Of a stretch of DNA of 61,387 nucleotides, positions 39,512-50,140 are shown piece after piece; the stretch's first letter is position 1, and every line of letters starts with the position of its first letter. The notes under the pieces are model-generated. The model was given only the letters and a program-made list of their open reading frames with translations, made no database searches and was not told where the DNA came from. The stretch is from a virus (taxonomy: Duplodnaviria; Caudoviricetes): the IMG/VR virus record IMGVR_UViG_3300027721_000016, positions 1 to 61,387 of that record; one strand, written 5' to 3'. The position numbers and the translations under genes are program-made.

Positions 39512-39730
39512 ATGCCATATGGACAAGTGTCGCGGTCTGGCGCAAATAAAAGATGGCGTGAGAAGCATCCGGAATACAGACGCGGCGAGCATAACAGAGA
39601 AAAAGAGAAAGCCAGGATCGCGTTAATTGATGCCGCAATCAACCCCTGCTATCTAAAAGAAGCCCGTGCCATGCTGGAGGGGAAGAATACCAGAGGGAAA
39701 AACAAATGCGTCAAGCTGGCAGGCGATTAG
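39512..39730 (+). CDS. Basic hypothetical protein
   Basis: SD aggag; K/R-rich 72 aa. Confidence 0.55.
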   Translation: MPYGQVSRSGANKRWREKHPEYRRGEHNREKEKARIALIDAAINPCYLKEARAMLEGKNTRGKNKCVKLAGD

Positions 39731-39829
39731 GCCGCATTAGACGGCCTTTCATCCTTTTCTACGTATCATTTCAGCCCGGATGCTACATCTCATGTCATTG
39801 GGGCTCTGGTGGGCTAAAAAAAGGATACG

Positions 39830-41261
39830 CTACGTGTCACCTGCCCGGATCTTGGCCAAGGCTTCCCGTGCTTCTTCTTCCGTCCAAAACCGTGTCAGAA
39901 CGGCCAAATCCACGAATTCTTTCTCAAGGCGATCTAGGTGGCTCGCTTCTTGGCTGATCTGCAAATCCAGCTCATTGGCAGCCTCTTGCATGTGCCTCTC
40001 CTTCAGCCTATCGGCTTCTTCTAGCGTCGCTACATCGTACATGTCGTCTCCGGCGTGGGCGAAATATAGGACTTTGGCGCGTTCGTCTATCGCGATTGCC
40101 CGCCATTTGGCGGTCTCTTTCATCAGTCCCGCGATACCATCATCTTGTCGCTTGACCTCGTTTATTGCTTCTCGGAGCAATCCAGCATACAGATACGCGT
40201 TGCCATTTCCATCTGCGAGTGCCGTTTCGGCTCTCTCTATGAGATCGTCACTCATCGGCATCATCTCGATACTTGATTAGTTGATAGTACAATATATCAG
40301 ATTTGCAATAAATAATATCATGCGACACCGCAAATGCGGCAATAAAGCAATCTTCTTTCATCATGACTCCTCCCAGTCAATCTCAGGCAGTTCGCGGGCC
40401 AACTGATCACGAGCCACTTGTTTAAGATAATCGAACGCAGGGCATCGCGTGGGATCGTCCACGCAATAACAATCGTGTTCACCCGGAAATCGATTATCTG
40501 GGACAATGCACTCATCGGCACCACCAACGACAAAATGCCATGCACGTTCTTTGCAGAGGGCCGCTTTTAGGGCGGCAATCTGTTTATCTCGCGAATCAAT
40601 ATGCGAAAGCAACATCGGAAGCATTGCAAAGGCGTTCATGATTTCGCGCTGCGGCACTTCTTCCTTGTATTCATTGAAACATTTTCGCACAAGTTCTCTA
40701 GCTTCCTCGATGGCATTCATTTCCTTTCCGCCTCCATTTGGGCCGCGATCGCTTGATAGCGGCGCACAACCTTCTTAGCGATATCTATTTCAGGATCGGC
40801 ATTATCATTCGGATCATCACATAGATATTCTTGGATGAAATCTAGAATATCTGCATCGCCTGGCCGGATCTCTCCCATGACATCGAGCATGGCGGACAAA
40901 TCGTCATGCGCCGCGTTCATTAGCTGCACCATCGGCACAAACGGATTATCGCGCAGCTTCTTAAGCTCGGCCACTCGATCTATCATATTTGTCATCTATG
41001 CATCTCCTCGATTTTTGCAAGTGTCGCGACGTGTTGTGCGATTTGCCTTTCGAGCTTGCCGATCGCTTCTTTCTCGCGATCTACCAGGAAGTCTTTGGCT
41101 TCTTGCCAGGTGTCGAAATAATTCATGTAGTTGGACCGCTTCATCTCGCGGCGATGCTTTCCATCAAACGCTACTGCTTCTAGCGTGACGTATTTTTCGG
41201 TTTCACTTATCACTTCGATCTCTTCAATCTCGTGATCATACCGATTGCGAAATTTCTTCAT
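39830..41261 (-). CDS. Leftward run of small hypothetical genes (39830-40264, 40361-40720, 40717-40995, 40992-41261)
   Basis: Mostly coupled ORFs with SD motifs. Confidence 0.6.
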
Positions 41262-41506
41262 GCTTTATTCTTCTCCTGATATCGTTTCTTCTGCTTCTCG
41301 CGAATGCTATCCTTCGCGACCTTGCAGAGCGATATGAATTCTTCTGGCAATGGCTCTGCAATCATCTTTTCCATCGCATACAGGAATAGCCTTCCCTTGT
41401 CGCGATGGTCCAATTGGCTGAATGCTAGGGCTTCGTTCACTCTGGCATTTAGAGCCCCTGGTATCTCTATAGATATTCTACTCATTAGGGTACCTTTTAT
41501 ACTCAT
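41258..41506 (-). CDS. RHH/Arc-like regulator
   Basis: SRISIEIPGALNARV; promoter with tactcatt direct repeats 20 bp apart. Confidence 0.55.
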   Translation of the reverse strand: MSIKGTLMSRISIEIPGALNARVNEALAFSQLDHRDKGRLFLYAMEKMIAEPLPEEFISLCKVAKDSIREKQKKRYQEKNKA

Positions 41507-41614
41507 TGGTATTTAAGCCTTTCTGATATCTAGGATGCCTATAATATCGCTAGAGCGCAAACTATATATACTCACAAACTAAGGTAAGGTACAGAGCAAA
41601 AGGAGTGATACGAA

Positions 41615-41893
41615 ATGACATTCAGAGATGACAAGGACCAAATCGATGCTTCGCAGGAAGCATGGGATCGCGCTCATGTGGGCGTTTTTGAGGCATATGC
41701 GAAAAGGGGCATACTCTTGGCAGCATACCATCTGTGGGAAGATGGCTTTTGCCAGGGGGATGCGACAGATGAAGAGATGGAGATTGATGCCCTTTCCTTG
41801 GGCGTCGATGTGAGCGAAGAAGGCTGGGAAGATAGATTATTTGAATTGCTAGATGCTGAGTTTCTCAGTATCTACGCTGGGGGGGTGGCCTGA
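41615..41893 (+). CDS. Acidic early protein
   Basis: 23 D/E in 92 aa; strong TATA and SD aaggag. Confidence 0.65.
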   Translation: MTFRDDKDQIDASQEAWDRAHVGVFEAYAKRGILLAAYHLWEDGFCQGDATDEEMEIDALSLGVDVSEEGWEDRLFELLDAEFLSIYAGGVA

Positions 41894-42583
41894 TGGCCAT
41901 CTTCGTCTCCCTATCAGGTGACCAGATCAAGGTCACAGGCGACACCTATCCAATCAATCGAGTCTTAGGCCAATCCGGCCTGAAATTCAAGTTCAACAAG
42001 GACAGAAAAGAGTGGCGTGGGCCGGTCAGCCTCAAGGCGCTCAAGGAGCTCTCTGAGCGATCCGGTGTTATCATGTCGTCTGATGTGGTTGAAGAGATGG
42101 CGAGATTCGAGAAGGCCGCCGAGAAGCGCGCGGCCTACCTGGCTAAGAAGAAAGGAGGTGCCTGATATGGGCACCATCGCGAGTCGCGTGGCCTTCTATC
42201 CTCGCGACCAACCGCCCTATGCCATCGCATATACGGCATTTAGCATAGGCGAGCTGCAAGACAAGTGGCGCAAGAGGCTAGATCCGTTGGGTGGCGAATT
42301 TGCTCCAGGAACCACCTATCGCACATGGCAGGTGGAGTAGATGTCATGGATAGCGGACAGCACGCCGGAATTCTCATCGGTGAGAATCCAACGAGAAATT
42401 CTCGATCCAAGCGGCATCGAATATCGCATCCGATATGGTTCCGGGATGATCGAGGTGGAGCTAACGAATACGAAAGCGTGGCGATTTGCTCATGATGTCG
42501 CTGAAGATATGAGATCTCAGGGAATCGACGCAGAGGTAATTGAAACCGCGCGCGGTTTCATAATACAGAGGAAGGCTGCATAA
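41893..42583 (+). CDS. Small early genes (41893-42165, ~42167-42340, 42341-42583)
   Basis: Coupled ORFs with SD ggagg/ggtgg. Confidence 0.55.
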
Positions 42584-42603
42584 TCATGATTATCCTACGT
42601 TCG

Positions 42604-42823
42604 ATGGGGGTGGTCGCGAAATCGATATCATAGGCCGTTTTGTATCTTCCTTCATACGGAACCGCACACGGTGACGCTTTGCGTTTGGGATTCGACTTCC
42701 CTAAGCGGTTTTGCCAGGTACCGTTTCCAGCACTCCTTTCCGGCACCTGGCTATCACCCCATGAGCAACTTTTCGGTCAATACTTGAGAGGTCACTGTTG
42801 GCTGGAAAGTGTCTTTATTTTTT
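42604..42823 (+). ncRNA. Multibranched structured RNA followed by a terminator-like hairpin
   Basis: Closing stem 42604-14/42753-62, three internal arms, 15-bp hairpin 42768-82/42796-810 with G-U pairs, then a T-tract. Confidence 0.65.
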
Positions 42824-42868
42824 GGCAGGTCGTAACCTATAAATACTATGACTAACCTATAATAGCCT

Positions 42869-43027
42869 ATGTTAAAAAATCCTAATAGGAAGGTGTTAAG
42901 CATGGGAAAAAACGGCCTATGCATAACGCTTCCGATGGAATGGACCAATGAGAACCAAATAAAGAAAGGCGATCTCATAAGGCTGACAGAAGAGCCCGCC
43001 GGGCTACTTTTGTCGAAGGTGATTTGA
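42869..43027 (+). CDS. AbrB/MazE-family regulator (not in ORF track)
   Basis: RKVLSMGKNGLCITLPMEW...IKKGDLI; promoter with taacctataa direct repeats. Confidence 0.75.
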   Translation: MLKNPNRKVLSMGKNGLCITLPMEWTNENQIKKGDLIRLTEEPAGLLLSKVI

Positions 43028-43230
43028 TGAAGGACATTGCAAAAATGATCGGAAAACGCATTGAGGCCCGTATCATGCAGGGCTCGCCATTCGATGTGAC
43101 CATATTGGAAGCGGATGCTGATGAAATCCGATGCCATGATGATGATGGGCAGGAATACCAGATACGCCGCGATGCCGTCATAATGTGGCGGGAAAAGCCG
43201 ATTAAGGCGAAAAAGACGAAGGTGGATTGA
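43024..43230 (+). CDS. Sm/Hfq-like fold protein (putative)
   Basis: IGKRIEARIMQG..FDVTILEAD (Sm1-like) and YQIRRDAVIMW (Sm2-like). Confidence 0.5.
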   Translation: MMKDIAKMIGKRIEARIMQGSPFDVTILEADADEIRCHDDDGQEYQIRRDAVIMWREKPIKAKKTKVD

Positions 43231-43231
43231 A

Positions 43232-43708
43232 ATGGATATCAAAGATGCAAGAATCGATATGCGGGTCCGTGCAGACGATGGCCGGATGGGTCGGGTAGTA
43301 TCGCTGTTTTCCGATGGCGAAATGCGGATATGTTTTGGTCCGGGGCAAGATAGCTATGTGCTGATCCGGGCCGATCGAGTGGAGCCCATTGCCCCGGATG
43401 CATGCGAATCTAAGCGATTGTATGACAAGATCAACCGGCAGGCATCGGAGATTACCCGCCTGGTGGGCAGGATCTCAGATATGCGGGCAGAATGTGAGAA
43501 GGAAAAGGAGCAATTGCGCCGAGATCGCGATCATTGGTGGCGTTTGGCGGAGGGATATAAGCGAAATGCTGCATATTGGCGCGAGGAGCTTGACAAGCTG
43601 CAAAAAGAAGCCCTGGGGGACACAGCGCCGTTGTCTGATGCGGCAAAGATCTACATCCAGGTATCGCCAGAGAGGCTGGTAAAGATCATAGCAGAAAGGG
43701 AGGAATGA
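43232..43708 (+). CDS. SH3-like domain plus coiled-coil protein
   Basis: Beta-rich N-terminus, heptad-rich C-terminus. Confidence 0.5.
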   Translation: MDIKDARIDMRVRADDGRMGRVVSLFSDGEMRICFGPGQDSYVLIRADRVEPIAPDACESKRLYDKINRQASEITRLVGRISDMRAECEKEKEQLRRDRDHWWRLAEGYKRNAAYWREELDKLQKEALGDTAPLSDAAKIYIQVSPERLVKIIAEREE

Positions 43709-43711
43709 ATT

Positions 43712-44560
43712 GTGGCAAGGGAACTTAGAAAACAAGAAGTGGCCGATGCAGTCAAAGCATTTGCTGCTATGAACGGATTGGAGACTTCAATCAACGACGC
43801 TGGCGGATTTACAATCCTAAAAGGCGGCGAACTTGGCACTGATATACAGGTTGGCTGTAATGGCGGCAAGCTGGTATGTTCTGACGACCATCTGAGGGAG
43901 AAGCTATCCGAGATTATTATGGAGATGCCTGTAGAGGCCAAGGCAGGCAGATTGCCAGAGAATAAGTCGATTATGCCTAAAGGGGATAGATCGTCTGATG
44001 GCGGGCAAATGGTGCCGGTTAGTTCAGTCCTCACGCTTGAAAAGGTACGGGATTATTTCTGCAAGTCAGCCACTGATGAGGAATGCCAGTTCGCGTTAGA
44101 AGTTTGTGCAATCCGGGGATTGAATCCTTTCAAAAGAGATTGCTTTTTCGTGAAGTATGGCGGCTCAGATCCTAAACTGGAAATCATAGTCGCAAAAGAT
44201 TACTTCATGAAGAAGGCCATGAGTCATCCTGACTTTCAGTATTTCAAAGCAGGCGTCACGGTACAGAAAGGAGAAGAGGTCAAAAACGTAGATCGCTACT
44301 ATGCGTATCCGGGCGAAACTTTGCTCGGTGGTTGGGCGGAAGCAAAGAGAAAAAGCATCGAAGTGCCATTCCGGGCCGAAATACCACTATCGGGGTTTGT
44401 CAAAGACAACAAGTTCTGGAGAGCACAACCGGGGCCGGGCCACATGATCAGAAAATGTGCAGGTTCGACTGTGCTGAGGGAAGCCTACCCGGAGGAGTTT
44501 GGCGGATTGTATGATGAAGCCGAACTTGGTATAGATCCATCTAAGGAGGTGCCACAATGA
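43712..44560 (+). CDS. bet: Bet/RecT-family ssDNA annealing protein
   Basis: C...GLNPFKR....VKY, LLGGWAE..RK, MIRKCA....LREAYP..FGGLY..EL. Confidence 0.85.
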   Translation: MARELRKQEVADAVKAFAAMNGLETSINDAGGFTILKGGELGTDIQVGCNGGKLVCSDDHLREKLSEIIMEMPVEAKAGRLPENKSIMPKGDRSSDGGQMVPVSSVLTLEKVRDYFCKSATDEECQFALEVCAIRGLNPFKRDCFFVKYGGSDPKLEIIVAKDYFMKKAMSHPDFQYFKAGVTVQKGEEVKNVDRYYAYPGETLLGGWAEAKRKSIEVPFRAEIPLSGFVKDNKFWRAQPGPGHMIRKCAGSTVLREAYPEEFGGLYDEAELGIDPSKEVPQ

Positions 44561-45474
44561 CTCCTCCTCCTCTTTCCATAGGCAGCCTGGTAGATGTAAC
44601 CGGCCCGGATTGTAATGGCGATACGTCTGCCATGAATTGCCGTATTAAGGTCACGCAAAAGTGGGAATCCCGCAACTGGTATTCTGCGCGTGGCTACCAA
44701 TGGTATCCTGCCAGCAGCCTGCGATTGGTGGAAGAGCTGAAGATAGGCGATTGGGTGGAGGTGGTTGGTCCAACTCGGACCGGTGGAAATCATGATATTG
44801 GAGGTCTATTCAGAATATCAGCCAAAACACTTTCTGGAGAATATGAGGGAGCAAACGATTGGTCTGGAAAAAACTTCGGCTGGTATCCAACCAAGAACCT
44901 GCGAAAGCTCACACCGGAAGAGGTCAAGCGGCATACTAGTGAGAATATTAGAGACATTACGGCGACCTTAAAGCTAGATACTTCGGAATTTGGGGAAGCG
45001 ATGAAGAAAGTAGAATCTTATGAGAGTCCTGCAACAAAGGAATTGCGTCGTCGCATTCATGATTTGGAGATGTCCCTAAACGGGTTCACCAACGGTCCCG
45101 GGCCCGAATACGTGCCCGGAATTTCGTATGTAAAGCATCCTGTCAGGGATAGGTTAGATGCCATTGAATCCCGTCTCGACAACATCGGCTCCTCTCACGC
45201 CGAACTCATGACAGATGTCGAAGCATTGGCTGAAAGGGCAGGCGCTATGCAAAAAAGCATCGATATCTTGGAAGGCATCCAGCGAGGTGAGGAGCCGGAA
45301 GTATGCGAAGGCAAGCGCACATGTGATGAGGAAGATTGCCGACCATTTCCCTACAAGATCAACGTTTCGATTTGGGTCGGAGAGGAGGCGCACACGAACG
45401 AATCGACGTGCCCCAACGAGTTGATAGATTGGTGCGAAAAGGTGCTAAATGCAATGCGAAACGGCGGTGCATAG
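44557..45474 (+). CDS. Protein with tandem SH3/KOW-like repeats and a coiled coil
   Basis: Two IG..V.V.GP...WYP...LR repeats. Confidence 0.55.
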   Translation: MTPPPLSIGSLVDVTGPDCNGDTSAMNCRIKVTQKWESRNWYSARGYQWYPASSLRLVEELKIGDWVEVVGPTRTGGNHDIGGLFRISAKTLSGEYEGANDWSGKNFGWYPTKNLRKLTPEEVKRHTSENIRDITATLKLDTSEFGEAMKKVESYESPATKELRRRIHDLEMSLNGFTNGPGPEYVPGISYVKHPVRDRLDAIESRLDNIGSSHAELMTDVEALAERAGAMQKSIDILEGIQRGEEPEVCEGKRTCDEEDCRPFPYKINVSIWVGEEAHTNESTCPNELIDWCEKVLNAMRNGGA

Positions 45475-45508
45475 CGGTGCTGGATAGCATGAGGGAGGGA
45501 TAAAGGAC

Positions 45509-45943
45509 ATGTCTACATACGATTACGCAAAATCCGAGCTAGAAAGGGCGAAATATTTCGACGGCGATATGAACCAAGCAATGGCCGAAGATATCTTACA
45601 GCTAATCAAAGTGTTCGGAGAGCAAGGACACTCTGGATTTTCTGCACCGTTCTGCATCAAGTTATTTACTCGACTGGCATCGCATAAGCCAATGAGTCCA
45701 TTGACCGGGGAAGACGATGAGTGGGCGGAAGTTGGTGATGGTGTTTGGCAAAACAAACGATATTCTGCTGTATTCAAGGACAAAGACCATGCGTATAACG
45801 TCGAAGGCAAGATCTTCATAGACCCAGACGGAACCACATGGACGAACCCGGATAGCAGAACTGGTGTGGTGTTCCCATATACGGTATGCGATCCGGTGGT
45901 CGTCAATCGTGATGAAGCCGGTAATGTGATCGAGGCGGTCTAA
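45509..45943 (+). CDS. Conserved phage hypothetical protein
   Basis: QGHSGFSA, PLTGEDDEW, QNKR.S.VFK motifs. Confidence 0.65.
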   Translation: MSTYDYAKSELERAKYFDGDMNQAMAEDILQLIKVFGEQGHSGFSAPFCIKLFTRLASHKPMSPLTGEDDEWAEVGDGVWQNKRYSAVFKDKDHAYNVEGKIFIDPDGTTWTNPDSRTGVVFPYTVCDPVVVNRDEAGNVIEAV

Positions 45944-46603
45944 AATGACTGCCCCGAAGATCGAACCCCGGAATTACAGCCCCGTCCGCCGCAAACAGAA
46001 GCGACAGCAGGAACCTAACAAGCAGTATAGGCCATCTGATTACGATGGTGCCGAGGGCAGCGAACCTATAGAGGTGACAGAAGAATGATAACAGTGGTGC
46101 AATTGGCCAACGAACTGCTAGATCAAGCATACGAACTGGAAGATGCGGCCAGCCGTGATGATTTGGGAGATATGGGCATGGCGTTAGACCATATTTCGGA
46201 ACTTGTGGAAAAGTTGCTCTCGATGGTGGAACAATGACCGATGTCAGATGCATTCTCCGTGATGCTATCAAAGCCGCGGGTGGCAATGCTCTCTGCAATC
46301 CAGACCAGGAATGGGGGTGCGATCTAGACGACCAGGCACCCGGTGATTGCTTGAATCTGGATGAATGCCACATAGGAAAGTGCATGAAACCGGAGCCTGA
46401 CTCTCATGAGATGTTTGCTTATGGGCCGGAATATTATCAGGTGATCTAATGCCACTGATATCATGTATGTGGATGAGGCTATCCACAGAGGCGGCCCTTC
46501 TCGGAAAGGCTGCCATCTTTTGCACTTATGACGATTGCAGAGGAAGCGGGCTTTGTTTGGAGATGTGGAAGGCGGATGGTTGTCCGTGTAAGGATGAGAT
46601 CAT

Positions 46604-47419
46604 ATGAACAAAATTCAAATTTTTATGGCACCGGGCGAACGCGACAGGGAGCAATCTATGCGATCTGTCCTTTCACACGACACGCGATTTGAGCCGCTGC
46701 AAATCGATCCGTCCATTCCAGTAGACTTGCAATTTAAGTCAGTTGAGCATATCGGGCATGATCTACTAGGAGAGGAGTATTGCGAGAAGATCCTACACAT
46801 CGAGCTAAAAGAGCCCCAGGACTTCGTACAATCGGTTTTGAATGGGCATCTATACGACCAGACCTTATCTATCAGGGAATCTGGCTATAATGGATGTACG
46901 GTCATTCTAGGCACCTTAGATGAGATCTATGCAGCCATCGATGAGTCGAATGAGAAAAGGATAATTGATCAGCCAGGCGGAAAGAAAAAGTTCAAATTCT
47001 TAAACCAGGACGATAGATCTAATGCGAATGCATCAACTTGGCTAAGGCTCAAATCCTTCAAGAAAAGATCCACATTGAACGGGGTTCCTATCTTCTGGAA
47101 GGGGGATGATTCTGGTTTTTTCGATGGAGAGGACCAATGGAAGGATATCTTGGAGCTTGCAGTAGATTACCTGACAGACGGTTCAATGTTTGGGTTTGCT
47201 ATTCGGCCAGCAGAAGGAGAACGGGAAATTACAGCGGCTTCTTTTCTGGTGCCCGGCTGCGGTCCATCTGTAATGTCCACCGTCCTGAAAGAATATCGCT
47301 TGGCCCTGGTCCCAAAAGGTCTCTATGCAAAGCAACCCATTGAGATGAAGGGCATAGGAGAAAAGCGGGCAAAGGATATAGACAAGCTTATAGTAATGTA
47401 CTATGGAGCGAACCAATGA
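46604..47419 (+). CDS. ERCC4/XPF-type nuclease with HhH, putative resolvase
   Basis: IELKEPQDFVQSVLNGHLYDQ; HhH motifs PGCG and KGIGEKRA. Confidence 0.75.
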   Translation: MNKIQIFMAPGERDREQSMRSVLSHDTRFEPLQIDPSIPVDLQFKSVEHIGHDLLGEEYCEKILHIELKEPQDFVQSVLNGHLYDQTLSIRESGYNGCTVILGTLDEIYAAIDESNEKRIIDQPGGKKKFKFLNQDDRSNANASTWLRLKSFKKRSTLNGVPIFWKGDDSGFFDGEDQWKDILELAVDYLTDGSMFGFAIRPAEGEREITAASFLVPGCGPSVMSTVLKEYRLALVPKGLYAKQPIEMKGIGEKRAKDIDKLIVMYYGANQ

Positions 47420-48004
47420 CTGCCTACAATGCCAGCGACGCGACCGGCAGGACGTTTCGAATCGATCTTACAACTGTCGCAGCTTCTACAGATACGACGG
47501 TCGCTGACGTTGAATATTCAATGGAAAAACTATGCGGGATAACGCAAAGAATTGATTTCAGGAGCGTCGTGTCTGGATTGGAATCGCTCAATTTCACAAT
47601 CGAGGAGCAAAAGCGAAAGCAAAAAGCCATAGATCGCATAGCCTGGAAAGCGGAGGATAAGCAGCGATATCAGAAAGGGGGGCACTGGAAATGATATTTT
47701 ATGAAGAAAGAGTTATACTATTTGCAATATGGTCCATTATCACATTCGGTCTGGGGTTTGTTTTGGGGAGATCCATTTGAAAAAATCTGAAATGCAAGCC
47801 ACAATCGACCTGCTAATCCAGGAAAACCAGCAACTCAAAGAGCAACTAATCAAATACAAGCGATCCGAATGCATAGGAGACGACCGATGATTAGATTTCA
47901 TCGCAATTGGCCGCCACACCATGTAGCCTTTCCTATCCACCCCAGGGTTTGGCGATCTACCAGGGACGCGGGCAAGAGTACATGTGAGAAGTTGAAGGAG
48001 GAGC

Positions 48005-48295
48005 ATGATAGAACCAACCGCTAGACTTTTGCATTCAATCGAGAAAGACGGCCAAACACCGGAGCTGCGAACTCTGATATTACAAAAGGAAATCGCGCAG
48101 GTTGGGTATCGATTGGTCCGATCACATCGAACACCACAAGACGCGGCTGCTTACATGGCTGATATAGGCCTGGAAATAGGACACGCGATGGTACAGCTCG
48201 AAATGCTTGCATTGGACCTTGGCCTTGTTCCTGAGGATTGCAAACGCACGGGGCTACAAACCACATACGAGAGATTCAAGGAGTTTTGGCCATGA
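48005..48295 (+). CDS. Degenerate MazG-like helical protein
   Basis: LQKEIAQV...LEIGHAMVQL. Confidence 0.45.
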   Translation: MIEPTARLLHSIEKDGQTPELRTLILQKEIAQVGYRLVRSHRTPQDAAAYMADIGLEIGHAMVQLEMLALDLGLVPEDCKRTGLQTTYERFKEFWP

Positions 48296-49010
48296 TCGGC
48301 ACACAAATCCTATGCATCCTGCGAACCTTCGGCCCGCTGCCATCCAGCGAGTTCGTGAACCACCTAGGAATGAAAAAGTCGACCGTGATAAACGACCTAT
48401 GCCGAATGAAAAAATATCGAGAGGTTAGATGCATCCCTGGCTACCAAAAACGCAACCTATGGGAGGCGGTATGATGTACAAAGTCAAAGCCAGGGGCCGC
48501 AAGCCTGGCGAAGGCAATCTGAATGTCCCGCGCGCGGCATACGCTGGAATAGTGCTGCTATCGGAAATTTTTGATTGGACCAACTACGACATAGGCCGCT
48601 TATGGGGCATCGGGCCTGGTAGTGTGAGGACTATTATCAGGAGATGGAAAGCGGAATAAGAGGTGCGTAGGTTGCCAGAAATGATACCGCAAGCGGCCCG
48701 GTTGGGCTCACGGCCCGCCAGGAACACTGGAGAGAACCCGTTCGGCCAACGCGCTGATGGCAATTTCGAAGAAATAATCGATAAACGCGGGGTCCTGATC
48801 GACGTAAAATACGACAAGATTGCTTGTCGGGCATGCGGAAAAATCGGATACATCCACAATGCCGAAAATGGATTGAAAGTGTGCATGGCATGTTCCGTGA
48901 TTCAAAACGATGGCGTTCCGGAAGGGAGGCGAGAACTTAGTAAGACCAAAAAGAAAAAAATGCTTCGCGATTTTACAATGTCGTTAGGAAACGGAGATGA
49001 TAAACTTTAA
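48292..49010 (+). CDS. Three putative transcription regulators before the late operon (wHTH 48292-48474, HTH ~48471-48659, Zn ribbon 48663-49010)
   Basis: HTH patterns; CRAC...CMAC. Confidence 0.5.
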
Positions 49011-49250
49011 ATAGTATTGAGTGCATAGAGGTGCATGAATACTCTGGCAGCTCCAGAGAATTGTTTATGCTTTATCTACTTTTTGCGGTGTTTATATGTT
49101 CGAACCGCCTTCTGACAACTTCGAAAACTGCAAACCATCCTTACGCGATTTTTCCGAAGACGGGTGCGGTCCATGCAAACCACATGATGCGGCTACCAAC
49201 CACAGGTCGTTTTTGAATCTGAATAAATTGCTCGGATTGTTATAATAAGT

Positions 49251-49267
49251 AGCGAAAAGGATAAATA
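49251..49267 (+). promoter_or_regulatory. BRE/TATA promoter upstream of the hairpin array and TerS
   Basis: agcgaaaaggataaata. Confidence 0.55.
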
Positions 49268-49277
49268 GGTAGGATGC

Positions 49278-49571
49278 ATAGGTAGTGTGTCCTATCACAT
49301 GCCGCCCGGTCGGGCCTCAACGTTTGGTCGCAGAGAGACCCGACTTCGGCCAAGTCTTTTCCCGCTCGGCTCCGAAGCGGTATATTCGGGCATTTCCTAG
49401 TTACCATGCAGCATGCTCTCTGCATGTGACATGTCTGAGCACCTCATACACTCCCTGCCTTGGCCCGCGGCGGAATTAATAGCGGGCCTATATTCTTGTT
49501 ACGGCTACGCGGTGACCTTTGAGCAACCTAAGAAACCTGATCCATTCCAAGAGACTGAGTGAGACGGTCTC
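49278..49571 (+). ncRNA. Array of 6-7 GC-rich hairpins (ncRNA or long structured leader)
   Basis: Stems at 49301-50, 49362-80, 49405-26, 49462-88, 49498-516, 49551-71. Confidence 0.5.
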
Positions 49572-49600
49572 ATATTTCCTATTATGCGGTGTTACCTCCC

Positions 49601-50140
49601 ATGCCCACCCGAACCGCCCGAACCGAATACTGCAAAACCTGCAAGTACCTCCGGGCGCACCCCAAATGCGGCCTGAGCACCATGATTTTAGAGGGAACCT
49701 CATATGCAGATGTGGCTAAGAGGTTCCGGTCCAAGGACGGCAAGTGGCGAGCGGGCAACTACCTGACCATCAAGAAGCATTGGGAAGCGCAACACATGGT
49801 GAGCAGGCAACTTTTGGCGGCGAAGGATATTAAGGATAGGAAGAAGGGGCTCGACTTGATGGAATGCGCGAGAGAGATCTATAATGATTGCAAGGATAAT
49901 GCTACAAAATCGAAGGGAAAGGCAGAATCGTCTCGCGATTTCAGAGACGCCTCTGGCTGTTGGGACCCGGCCACAAAGGCATTAGGACTTCTGAAGGTGG
50001 AAGAAAAGCCACAATTGAGTCAAACAACCACCATAAACAACTTTTCCAAATTGACGGATGAAGAGCTAAAAACCTATGAACTACTTGGTCGGAAGCTGGA
50101 AGGAAGCGAGGAAGGAGAGAGCGAGAAGACATCTACTTGA
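49601..50140 (+). CDS. terS: Terminase small subunit (putative)
   Basis: Directly upstream of and overlapping TerL; HTH; C-terminal SKLTDEEL. Confidence 0.65.
   Translation: MPTRTARTEYCKTCKYLRAHPKCGLSTMILEGTSYADVAKRFRSKDGKWRAGNYLTIKKHWEAQHMVSRQLLAAKDIKDRKKGLDLMECAREIYNDCKDNATKSKGKAESSRDFRDASGCWDPATKALGLLKVEEKPQLSQTTTINNFSKLTDEELKTYELLGRKLEGSEEGESEKTST

Noticed and set aside
42660-42710. tRNA gene suggested by a TTCGACT T-loop
   Set aside because: No D-arm, anticodon arm or 7-bp acceptor stem; treated as part of the larger RNA
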